This document shows, one piece after another, positions 9,592 to 18,408 of a stretch of DNA of 64,000 nucleotides. Below the pieces are notes generated by a model. The model made no database searches and was not told the origin of the DNA. It worked only from the letters and a program-made list of their open reading frames with translations. How positions within the stretch are numbered: position 1 is the stretch's first letter; each line of letters begins with the position of its first letter. The DNA lies in sequence record OR805292.1; one strand, given 5' to 3'. The position numbers and the translations under genes were made by a program.

Positions 9592-10326
9592 ATTAGTTTC
9601 TATTTTTGCTTTATCTAGTTGCTGTTTACTAATATATTTCGCATTAATTGTTATATTTTTGTTATCTCTTGCTTTAGTTAACCTATGAGCACCGTCTATT
9701 ACATATAGTTTACCGTTGTCTTTATACACTATTATAGGGATGCTCACATCGGCAGCTTTTACTCTCGACGGCGCTAATTTGGTATATCGTAATATCCATG
9801 TTAAGTCTTTTATTTTAACACTTTCCACAGGAGCATGCTCTGTACTTCTAAAAATATCATCTAATCTATATTCATTACCATTATGCGTTAATGTACTATG
9901 TTTACCTTCTGTATAAGATTCAGAAATAGTATTAATGTTGTTGCCTATGTTAGATATTCTTGTTAAACTAGATTCAGTATCAGAAGCTATTATGTCTCTA
10001 CTATCTCCTGATCCTTTAAAATCGTAAACAATTATTCTTACTACATTAGGGAATATAGAAGATTTATTTACTTTAAGTCTTTTTATACGGTTACCCTGGG
10101 TGTCGTATAATGTTTCGTCAATTATATTAATATTAAAAGATTTTGCTAAATCCTTTGCAGTAATACCTACCTCTGCGGGCGATTCTTTAGAATATCTAGC
10201 CCTATTATCTATTACTAACTCGGTATTGTTAAAAAATGGATATTTATTCAATACATTGTTTAGTATTTTTTTAAATTTTGTATCTATAGGCTTAAACGGT
10301 AAAATCTCACCTTCTATAAATCTCAT
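9577..10326 (-). CDS. Protein with C-terminal ParB/sulfiredoxin-like domain
   Basis: PIIVYKDNGKLYVIDGAHRL motif. Confidence 0.65.
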   Translation of the reverse strand: MRFIEGEILPFKPIDTKFKKILNNVLNKYPFFNNTELVIDNRARYSKESPAEVGITAKDLAKSFNINIIDETLYDTQGNRIKRLKVNKSSIFPNVVRIIVYDFKGSGDSRDIIASDTESSLTRISNIGNNINTISESYTEGKHSTLTHNGNEYRLDDIFRSTEHAPVESVKIKDLTWILRYTKLAPSRVKAADVSIPIIVYKDNGKLYVIDGAHRLTKARDNKNITINAKYISKQQLDKAKIETNKKEA

Positions 10327-10328
10327 TA

Positions 10329-10826
10329 TTATTTACTCAGCTGTTTTACTTTCTCTTTATTCTCTTCTGTCCAGAAATTATTCCAACTACAGAATACCCA
10401 ACCCTTATAATCTATACTATTATTTACTTTAATACCGGTTTTTTCTTCAAATACTACCCATTTGCCTTGCCGCGTTATTTTTATAAAAATAATATTAAAA
10501 TCACCCTCGCTAGCAGTATCGCGTACCTGTGATATCCATGTATCTAACTGTTTGCACTCTCCTTCGAACAACGAAGTAAATGAAAATTTTGCATACGATT
10601 TACATTCAGAATTAAAATGTTCCCATGTATCCGGAGGGAAAATATCACCTTTATAGGATTTGATTTGATTATTACCTAGTGATGTTTTTCTGACAGAATT
10701 TTGTCCTCCTATAAAGGCACCTGAATGTGCTGTTCTGGTAAAGGGTTCGTTGTAAAATGAGGTAAGATCTTTTGCTACATCTCGTTCCCAGCTACTACCT
10801 TTAATTTTACTTTTCGATCCAGACAT
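10329..10826 (-). CDS. Holliday junction resolvase (PD-(D/E)xK, Hjc-like)
   Basis: KGSSWERDVAK...SGAF...GDI...ECKSY pattern. Confidence 0.8.
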   Translation of the reverse strand: MSGSKSKIKGSSWERDVAKDLTSFYNEPFTRTAHSGAFIGGQNSVRKTSLGNNQIKSYKGDIFPPDTWEHFNSECKSYAKFSFTSLFEGECKQLDTWISQVRDTASEGDFNIIFIKITRQGKWVVFEEKTGIKVNNSIDYKGWVFCSWNNFWTEENKEKVKQLSK

Positions 10827-10957
10827 GTTTTGTTAACCTTTTATATACCTGTTAAATTTTACATTATTTAGTTAATTTTATACCCATATAATACTGTCGA
10901 GATAAATATGTGTGTAGATAACTTATAGCATTATTTTTAACGATTTTAGTACAATGG

Positions 10958-10986
10958 TTGACAGTATTAATGTCGTATGCTATAAT
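10958..10986 (+). promoter_or_regulatory. Perfect sigma70 consensus promoter
   Basis: TTGACA-17 bp-TATAAT exactly; no ORF of 60 aa or more follows for about 1.35 kb. Confidence 0.9.
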
Positions 10987-10992
10987 CCGCAA

Positions 10993-12190
10993 CATAATAA
11001 AACTAAAGGACGTATGTAACAAAACAGACGTTCTCCTAAGTGTTTTAAAGTTTTTGCTTAGGAAGACCCAGTTGTATGTTTAAAGGGTGAACGGTAACGG
11101 GCATTCTTGTTTAAGACTAGTTCTTATGAAGACATTGGCAACTAACATAGCAGCTTTGTTCCATAATTGGATATTGGTAGTAGAAACTATCCCCATCGTG
11201 CCTTTACTGTAGTACCGTTAGAGACGGAGATAACGCAGGAAAAAAGGTTATTTAAATTATGATTTTGGGTGCTGCAGAACACTTTCGTAAACAAAAGGAA
11301 TATAGTTTACGTATACACAACGGGAACGGGAAAAAGCTTTTTAAGCAAAAACGAGTCCCTGGTAATTGGTGTTTAACGGGAGTGACGTCCCAAATGTTAT
11401 CCATCGATTAACACTGTAAGAAGGTTGTAAGGGTTATTGTGTTCGAAGTGGTTTACACAACTGTTCTTCCTACATTTATGTACAGAAGTGTAAACGAAAG
11501 GATGTTGCTCTGGTAGAAAAAGATCAACGTACTTTATGACACTATCCTTGTGACATATGTACTTGTACCAACAACAGCCGCAGGTTACGGATATGGTATT
11601 ACAAACTGTACTGCGGTTCCGGGAGTTGAAAGTGGATGTTAGCTTAGGTGGCTGTTTGCTTAATTATAATGTTTAATTTAGGCAATATAAGCGTCGGGTG
11701 AGGCTTTCGTAGGTTGCGTGTTTATGCTACGGTGTAAATGGGCTAGACTACTGGCGCATACATGAGTATTGTAGGATTGGCGCTTTAATAAAGAAATTTG
11801 TTAAAGTTTGAGTTTAGCTCCCCGCTCATTAGCAATAAACGTTGCTAGTCGATAGTATACCCACGCCTAAATAATGCCGTCATTGTTTAGTTTTTTTTAA
11901 AAAATATAATTGTCAATTATATGTCGTACGCATCTACCCCGAAAAGGGGTAGATGTTTATGACTTTCGTTTACACTCATGTCATAATCAGTACACGCCAT
12001 TTTAGGCCATTCTACATCAATACACTGCTTCTAGCAGTGTATTGGACATACAAAATAATCTTAAATTATATCAAATTTGTTTAATTACTTTAATTTTGTT
12101 ACTTTAGTAATTTGTATTTTGTTTATATGAGTTGTAGTTTACGAAAACGAATATAAACAAAATACATATGTGAACTGTAGTTCACATACT
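10993..12190 (+). ncRNA. Candidate large structured non-coding RNA (or origin with primer RNA)
   Basis: ORF-free and G/T-rich relative to flanks; many helices with G-U pairs on the + strand; long-range pairings (see findings). Confidence 0.65.
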
Positions 12191-12340
12191 TACTAACGTT
12201 GTATATTACGGTAATTCTATAAAATATCTCTATATAATTATAAACGTTTTATGGCATACTACGACTGAACGAAATTGAAAATTAACTAGAGATTTAATTA
12301 GATAAATAATATTGTAAAAATTGTATAGAGGTATACATCA

Positions 12341-12793
12341 ATGAACGATTACACACATTACACAGAGGAAGATTTCATATTTTTAGCATATGATTTAAAT
12401 ACTCAGCTTATAAATGATGGATATCCTGACGCTGCTGTAAAATTTATTACTAATCAGTTTATTTTAGAGCATAGACATCCTGACGAAATAAAACGTTGTA
12501 TAGGATGTAATTCTAAAATGTACGAAGATGTTATTGCTACTAAGAGAAATTTATCTGGTAAATCGCATTGCAGACATTGCGAATCGAAACTTAGTATGTA
12601 TAAGGAAGTTGTTAAGGAAGTAGCAAATACAACACAAATACTTCGCATACCAGAAAAACATTTAAATTCAGTTAAACGATTAATTAGAATATATAATGAG
12701 CAAAACAAAACTAGTGCATATCAGAGTATATTAGTTAAAACAAAGAAACTTAACACAGGAGTTTCTAAAAAGTCAAAAAGAAAGGGACGTTAA
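12341..12793 (+). CDS. Hypothetical Zn-ribbon protein with basic C-terminal tail
   Basis: CIGC...CRHC; tail KTKKLNTGVSKKSKRKGR; GATAAATA at 12301 and SD gagg upstream. Confidence 0.7.
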   Translation: MNDYTHYTEEDFIFLAYDLNTQLINDGYPDAAVKFITNQFILEHRHPDEIKRCIGCNSKMYEDVIATKRNLSGKSHCRHCESKLSMYKEVVKEVANTTQILRIPEKHLNSVKRLIRIYNEQNKTSAYQSILVKTKKLNTGVSKKSKRKGR

Positions 12794-12809
12794 TTGTCCC
12801 TTTCTTTTT
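12775..12809. terminator. Bidirectional terminator
   Basis: aaaaagaaagggac/gtccctttcttttt stem; stop codon of the 150-aa ORF in the loop. Confidence 0.85.
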
Positions 12810-13029
12810 ATAGGAAGCTTCTACCTGTTTCTGCTTCAATTTTTTGTTTAATAAATTCTCCTAAACGTACCCGCTCTTGATATGATAACGACCAAGCAGT
12901 GTGCCAGTCAAACCCATTAATTTTATCACATATTTGGACTATTTCGCCTTCTAATCCCAGTGATTCTTGTTCATATTCTTGTATAACGTTCCTAATATCA
13001 TCTGGGGTTCCCGATACTAGGATTCTCTG
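12808..13029 (-). CDS. Start-less 73-codon frame, probable -1 frameshift extension of 13017..13871 (gp51/gpT-like segment)
   Basis: QRILVSGTPDDIRNVIQEYEQESLGLEGEIVQICDKINGFDWHTAWSLSYQERVRLGEFIKQKIEAETGRSFL*; no ATG/GTG/TTG near its 5' end; begins at slippery heptamer T TTT TTC. Confidence 0.7.
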   Translation of the reverse strand, partial: QRILVSGTPDDIRNVIQEYEQESLGLEGEIVQICDKINGFDWHTAWSLSYQERVRLGEFIKQKIEAETGRSFL

Positions 13030-13871
13030 AAAAAACTTACTGGGTTAAAATCTACAGGTACTACAAAACTTTTATTACAGTTGTCACATACTGCATCAAA
13101 GTCGCCATTAACTCCTACTTGATTTATTTCTTTTAAAAGACTATCTATTTTATTAACATCTGCTCTATCTATATTTGCTATAAATTCTTTTATATCGGCT
13201 AGTGTCTGAGCAGTATTGTTAACTATATCTATACCGTTAGTTTCATCTACAATACGAACTATTGTTTTTGCAATTAATTCAAAATTTAATGTTGACAGTT
13301 CATTTATTGTATTAGAAAATGCAGAAAGTTTTTCTTCATCTGAATACATATCGCTTTGCATTATTCTAATAAATTTTGCTTGTTCTAGTGCAGTTTTTGC
13401 AACTGTCATATTATCTGAAAAATCATATGGTCTAATAAATATAGATAGACCGTTATCAAGGTTCACGACGTATTGGTCTTCTAAATAAGTGGATGTATTA
13501 ATGACATTTAATAAGTCTATTCCATATAAATTTTTATGATTACAATGCGGGCACGTAGAAGAAATATCTATTGTGTTACCGTATGATGCTGCTTTTATAG
13601 CAACACATATCATATGAATGTCATTAATCAAGAGTTTATTTACATCTTTAATTCCTGGTACACAACTCTTAATTACTTCTTTTAAGCCTTCACCGTTCAC
13701 TAATGCATCAGGATTTTTTATTAATACTTCATCTTTTCCTGTCATAGCATATACCCCTAGTTCTCCGGAATCGGTGTATTCTACAACATTTGATGGATAA
13801 AATGAATTTCCGCTGGGCAAACGAATATAAGATTTGAATGTTCTGTAATATTGATGTAATTTGTTGCTCAT
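13017..13871 (-). CDS. Baseplate hub assembly / tape-measure chaperone, gp26-like
   Basis: YIRLPS, AMTGKDEVL, AIKAASYG, CPHC...CDNC pattern of T4 gp26-like proteins; divergent from tape-measure-like gene. Confidence 0.75.
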   Translation of the reverse strand: MSNKLHQYYRTFKSYIRLPSGNSFYPSNVVEYTDSGELGVYAMTGKDEVLIKNPDALVNGEGLKEVIKSCVPGIKDVNKLLINDIHMICVAIKAASYGNTIDISSTCPHCNHKNLYGIDLLNVINTSTYLEDQYVVNLDNGLSIFIRPYDFSDNMTVAKTALEQAKFIRIMQSDMYSDEEKLSAFSNTINELSTLNFELIAKTIVRIVDETNGIDIVNNTAQTLADIKEFIANIDRADVNKIDSLLKEINQVGVNGDFDAVCDNCNKSFVVPVDFNPVSFFRES

Positions 13872-13940
13872 AATGTGTATATGCTCTTTTGATAAATATG
13901 CTATATACCGTATTTATCATAGCATTTTATAGAGGTTCTT

Positions 13941-16337
13941 GTGGCAGAAGATATTAGAATTGTTGGCGTTGATCCTAGTGTCCCCGGCTGGGCTAGAGAA
14001 GAAACTCTTAATAAAATAGTATCTGAGTTAAAAAAACTCAATGGATCTAATACAAGAGAAAACGACGAACTAAAAGATGCAGTAGATGAATTAGTTAGGG
14101 TCACCCGTAGAACTAGCGAAGATACATCTAGAACAGATAATAACACTGAAATAAAAGAAGCATTAAACAGATTATCTTCTTCGTTAAAACAACAGAAAAA
14201 ATCTGATAATTCTTTATCTGCAAAGCAAGGGGGAAACAAACCTCCCGTATTGCCGACTGACAATAAGAAATCTAAATTAGATACAGATACTATAGGCGCA
14301 TTTATTACTGCCGTCGGTACTGCTTCAAAGGCAGTAGCAAAATTTACTTTAAGTATGGCATCTTTTGCAGTTGGTGGAAGTATATACGCTGCATTAAAGC
14401 AAGCTGCATCGTCTCAGCTTACTTTATCTAGAGATTTATATAAATCAGGTTGGAACTTCGGAACGGTATTAGACGATGCATCTGGTATTATTAAATCTAC
14501 TAACTTAGACGGTATTTCGTATGCCATAAAAGGTTTAGGTATAAATTCATCTGCACTATCTGAAGTATTAAAAGGCAATGAATTAGCAATACAAAAATAC
14601 GGAATAAAATCGTTTGTAGATCTGTCTTCTAGCTTAAAAAGACAAGGCAATAGCTTAGGTATGTCTTTAAAAGAAACAGCAGATTATGTAGGAGAATATT
14701 TAGAATCTCAACGTTTAATGGGCACATTTGATAAAATGCGCCAAGTAAACATGACTGCCCTTGCATCTAAAGCACTTAAAGATACCCAAGCATTTGCTAC
14801 TGCGTTAAGAATGTCTACAGAAGACCTTCAGGCAAAAATGAATGAAAGTTTAAAAGATGTAGACTTTCGTGTAGCAATAGAATCAGTTAACGCAAATTCT
14901 AAAGAAGCCGCTGCCCAAATTTATGCTGCTTTGCCGGAACAATTGCAAACTATGTTTAAGGTAGCTCTTAAAGATACTCCGTCTTTTATGGCATCTAAAG
15001 AATACGCCGATTTGATAAAATCTGGACAAGGAGAATTAGCTAGACAAATAATTGCAGTATCATCTGGACTGAAGTCTGGTAATATAACTAACGGTCAGGC
15101 AGATGATGCAATGAAACGACTTATAAAATCTACTAGTTTTGCAGAAAGTACAATGCGTAGACTTGCTATGCTAGATGCTCGTGGACTAATAGATAGTAAT
15201 GTTGCCGCTGCCGCATATGGATTAAAAGACCTTAGAGATAAAATGGATGGTCATTATGAAGGAATCCAAAATACAGAAGCTACAAATTTAGCAAAAGTTG
15301 AAGATGTAAGAAATAGAGCATTAGCTGTATTAGATACGTTTGTATCATCTATAATGAGAGCAGGATTCGAATCTAGTGAATTTGCTAAATTATTAGATAA
15401 TGCAAATGAAATGTTAAAAACAATTCATAATACAGCAGAAGACTTAGGTAAACAACTAGGTCCGGAATTATTTAAATTTGTTAACAATGCTATGGAATAT
15501 CTAAATGGTTTATTTAGTAAAGATGTAGCAGGAAATATAAATGTAAATTATTCTAAAATAATAGGAGATATTTTAACAAGTTCTGGTGCTGCTATAGTAG
15601 TTGGCGTTCTTGCTATTATGACTACATTTAAAGGTGTTGTTATTTCTTCGTTATCGTCGTGGCTTAAAGGTGCATCGGGACCTATGTCATCATTAGGTGG
15701 CACAGTAAAAACTATAGCAGGAAGATTAGGATCATTTGCAGCACTAGCAGTATCGTTTACGAATGGAATAGGTAGATTAAGTCAATCAATTTCGGACGGC
15801 GGCGATGCAATAGAATCTGCATTAAATTTTTTATCAGGCGCAGGCGAAGGTATAATAGATCCTGTGTTCAAATCCCTTACATGGGCAGCTAACAAATTAG
15901 GTATAGTATCTGATGAAGCAGCAGATGGATTTAGTAAATACATCAGTGATACTAATTTGCAACAGTTCTTGGGTCTACAAGATATACCTATAAAAGTAGA
16001 AACTACTAATAAACCTGCATATACACCGCCTGGACCTACTGCTACTAAAACATCTGCATACGGTAAAATAGAAACTCCGAAAGCTCCTGCTATAATCCCT
16101 ACAGCTCAGCCAGATGTAGCAGACGCAGCAAAACAAAGTCCTACTCCTGTAGATCCTACTAGCAATATAAAGCCTATAGAAAATACAGGAATGAGTTCTC
16201 AAGACATGCTAAATAGAAGTACAGATAAACTTATACGTTTACAAGAAGAACAAATACGACAGTTACAAGAGCTTGTAGATATTCAGCGCAGAGCATTAGC
16301 TGCTACTAGAGAAACTGGATTTACAAGAACTAGGTAA
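13941..16337 (+). CDS. Tape-measure-like protein
   Basis: Long Ala/Leu/Lys-rich helical sequence with hydrophobic segments and a Pro-rich tail; next to gp26-like chaperone. Confidence 0.6.
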   Translation: MAEDIRIVGVDPSVPGWAREETLNKIVSELKKLNGSNTRENDELKDAVDELVRVTRRTSEDTSRTDNNTEIKEALNRLSSSLKQQKKSDNSLSAKQGGNKPPVLPTDNKKSKLDTDTIGAFITAVGTASKAVAKFTLSMASFAVGGSIYAALKQAASSQLTLSRDLYKSGWNFGTVLDDASGIIKSTNLDGISYAIKGLGINSSALSEVLKGNELAIQKYGIKSFVDLSSSLKRQGNSLGMSLKETADYVGEYLESQRLMGTFDKMRQVNMTALASKALKDTQAFATALRMSTEDLQAKMNESLKDVDFRVAIESVNANSKEAAAQIYAALPEQLQTMFKVALKDTPSFMASKEYADLIKSGQGELARQIIAVSSGLKSGNITNGQADDAMKRLIKSTSFAESTMRRLAMLDARGLIDSNVAAAAYGLKDLRDKMDGHYEGIQNTEATNLAKVEDVRNRALAVLDTFVSSIMRAGFESSEFAKLLDNANEMLKTIHNTAEDLGKQLGPELFKFVNNAMEYLNGLFSKDVAGNINVNYSKIIGDILTSSGAAIVVGVLAIMTTFKGVVISSLSSWLKGASGPMSSLGGTVKTIAGRLGSFAALAVSFTNGIGRLSQSISDGGDAIESALNFLSGAGEGIIDPVFKSLTWAANKLGIVSDEAADGFSKYISDTNLQQFLGLQDIPIKVETTNKPAYTPPGPTATKTSAYGKIETPKAPAIIPTAQPDVADAAKQSPTPVDPTSNIKPIENTGMSSQDMLNRSTDKLIRLQEEQIRQLQELVDIQRRALAATRETGFTRTR

Positions 16338-16366
16338 TAAACACAATATATATTGAGATAGAGTAC

Positions 16367-18082
16367 ATGTCTAGTTGGAAAAAACATTTTAAGCCTGCAT
16401 CAAATTCAGCGCTGCCTATACAAACTAAAAATACATCTGGTTATGCTTCTGCTGTTTCAAAATATAACACATGGCTTCCTGAAGTTTATATGGGTCCGCC
16501 TAACAGATTGGAGCGGTACATTCAATATGAACAAATGGATCTTGATCACGAAGTAAACACTGCATTAGATACTATAGCAGAGTTTTCCACACAACCGGAC
16601 GGTGTAACCGGGTTGCCATTAAATATAAAATTTACAGAAGAACCTACTGAAACAGAATTAAAAATTTTAACAAAAAGCTTAAAAAGATGGATACATCTTA
16701 ATAAGTTTGAAGATAGGCTTTTCGGTATTTTTAGATCTACAATAATGTATGGAGATCAATTCTTTATAAGAGATCCGGAAACTTACGAATTATATTGGGT
16801 AGATCCGCACAAAGTAGAAAAAATAATTGTTAACGAAAGTAAAGGAAAAGAAATAGAGACCTATTTCATTAAAGATGTCGATTTAAATACTGCAGAGTTA
16901 GTAGGATCTAATGTAACTAATAAAATACAAATAGGATACGGAAACACAGCATCTGCTTTCCCCCAAGCAACTATGGGAATAAATCCTGCAGGACCATACG
17001 CATCTGCAAATAATCCTAGTCAGAATGGCTCGTTAGCTAACAGCGAAGCTATGCCGATAAATGCAAAGCATATAGTTCATTTTTCTATGACGGAAGGTAT
17101 GAATTCTGCGTGGCCGTTTGGTACTAGTGAATTAGAGACTATATTTAAAGTATATAAGCAAAAAGAAATGCTTGAAGATGCAATGCTTATATATAGAATT
17201 CATCGCGCACCAGAAAGACGTGTGTTTATTATTGACACAGGTAACTTACCTCCTAACAAAGCTCAGCAAGTGTTAGAGCGCGTTAAATATGAAGTACAAC
17301 AAAAAAGGATTCCTAATAAAACTGGCGGCGGAAGTAATATTCTAGACTCGTCATATAACCCTCTTTCTACTCTTGAAGATTATTATTTTGCTCAGTCAGC
17401 AGACGGCAGAGGATCGAAAGTAGATGTTTTACCGGGAGGTTCTAATCTAGGCGAAATAGATGATATGCGTTATTTTAATAATAAAATGATGCGTGCGTTA
17501 GGAGTTCCTAGTTCGTATCTGCCTACAGGACCTGATGATGGTACAGCAGGGTATAATGACGGAAGAGTAGGAACTGCATATATACAAGAATTTAGATTTA
17601 GTGAAAGATGCAAAAGACATCAACGCCAAATAGTAAAAACATTAGATAAAGAATTTAAACTATATCTTAAGTTTAGTGGTATTACTATAGACAATAGTAT
17701 ATTTAATATAACATTTGTAGAGCCACAAAATTTTGCTAAATATCGACAAATAGATATGGATTCTGCTCAAGTTGCAGTTTTCAATGGAATTGCTGATGTC
17801 CCCTACATAAGTAAGCGGTTTGCATTAAAACGTTATTTAGGTTGGGGAGAAGCTGAAATTCTAGAAAACGAAAAGATGTATGCAGAAGAACAGAGTCTTA
17901 AAAACAAACGTGGTAAAAAAGCTGATGCTGGTATGAGGCAAGTGGGTATTTCGCCAGCAGCGCTAGCTGGTGTCGGGGAGTTTGATACTAGTGCAGTTAG
18001 TGATAGTTCTGACTTCGGTGATGACGATATAGTCGATGATATCGATTTAGATCAAACAGTAGAAGACTTTGGGAAAGAATAA
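16367..18082 (+). CDS. gp20: Portal protein gp20
   Basis: EDAMLIYRIHRAPERRVFIIDTGNLP, EDYYF, LPGGSNLGEIDD motifs. Confidence 0.97.
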   Translation: MSSWKKHFKPASNSALPIQTKNTSGYASAVSKYNTWLPEVYMGPPNRLERYIQYEQMDLDHEVNTALDTIAEFSTQPDGVTGLPLNIKFTEEPTETELKILTKSLKRWIHLNKFEDRLFGIFRSTIMYGDQFFIRDPETYELYWVDPHKVEKIIVNESKGKEIETYFIKDVDLNTAELVGSNVTNKIQIGYGNTASAFPQATMGINPAGPYASANNPSQNGSLANSEAMPINAKHIVHFSMTEGMNSAWPFGTSELETIFKVYKQKEMLEDAMLIYRIHRAPERRVFIIDTGNLPPNKAQQVLERVKYEVQQKRIPNKTGGGSNILDSSYNPLSTLEDYYFAQSADGRGSKVDVLPGGSNLGEIDDMRYFNNKMMRALGVPSSYLPTGPDDGTAGYNDGRVGTAYIQEFRFSERCKRHQRQIVKTLDKEFKLYLKFSGITIDNSIFNITFVEPQNFAKYRQIDMDSAQVAVFNGIADVPYISKRFALKRYLGWGEAEILENEKMYAEEQSLKNKRGKKADAGMRQVGISPAALAGVGEFDTSAVSDSSDFGDDDIVDDIDLDQTVEDFGKE

Positions 18083-18303
18083 TGAAAATAAACGATATTA
18101 TAACAGAAGGTTATTATAATCCTGCAGACGATTCTAGTGCAATTGCACATAAGTCAGACACACGTAGACCTAGACTAACATTTTCTCATTTAAATAAGCT
18201 TAGAAAAATGAGAGAATTGCGTAAAGTAGAAACAGAAGAACATTTAGTGTTAGTTAGACAAATGTATAGTCAACCGATACAATCGGACGATGCATTTGGA
18301 TAA
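18082..18303 (+). CDS. Small prohead core/head protein (73 aa)
   Basis: Between portal and scaffold genes; RRPRLTFSHLNKLRKMRE. Confidence 0.55.
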   Translation: MKINDIITEGYYNPADDSSAIAHKSDTRRPRLTFSHLNKLRKMRELRKVETEEHLVLVRQMYSQPIQSDDAFG

Positions 18304-18408
18304 AATTTCTAAAAATGTTAGTTTTTGGGGCATAAATGCCCCTTTTTTAATATTAAGTGTAAATACCGATATAAATAATATACAACGTTTTCCTAAAGGA
18401 GTAAAAAC

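Noticed and set aside
10993-12190. Group I/II intron, tmRNA, RNase P RNA or CRISPR/TIGR-type array
   Set aside because: No interrupted flanking gene, no group II domain V, no GAGGAAAGUCC, no tRNA-like ends, and no regularly spaced repeats (only a 7-mer three times). A diverged member cannot be excluded without covariance models.
10830-12340. Hidden protein gene using a reassigned stop codon or frameshifts
   Set aside because: Frames inspected after the promoter close quickly with TAA as well as TAG; the rest of the window reads normally in code 11, with TAG and TGA used as genuine stops.
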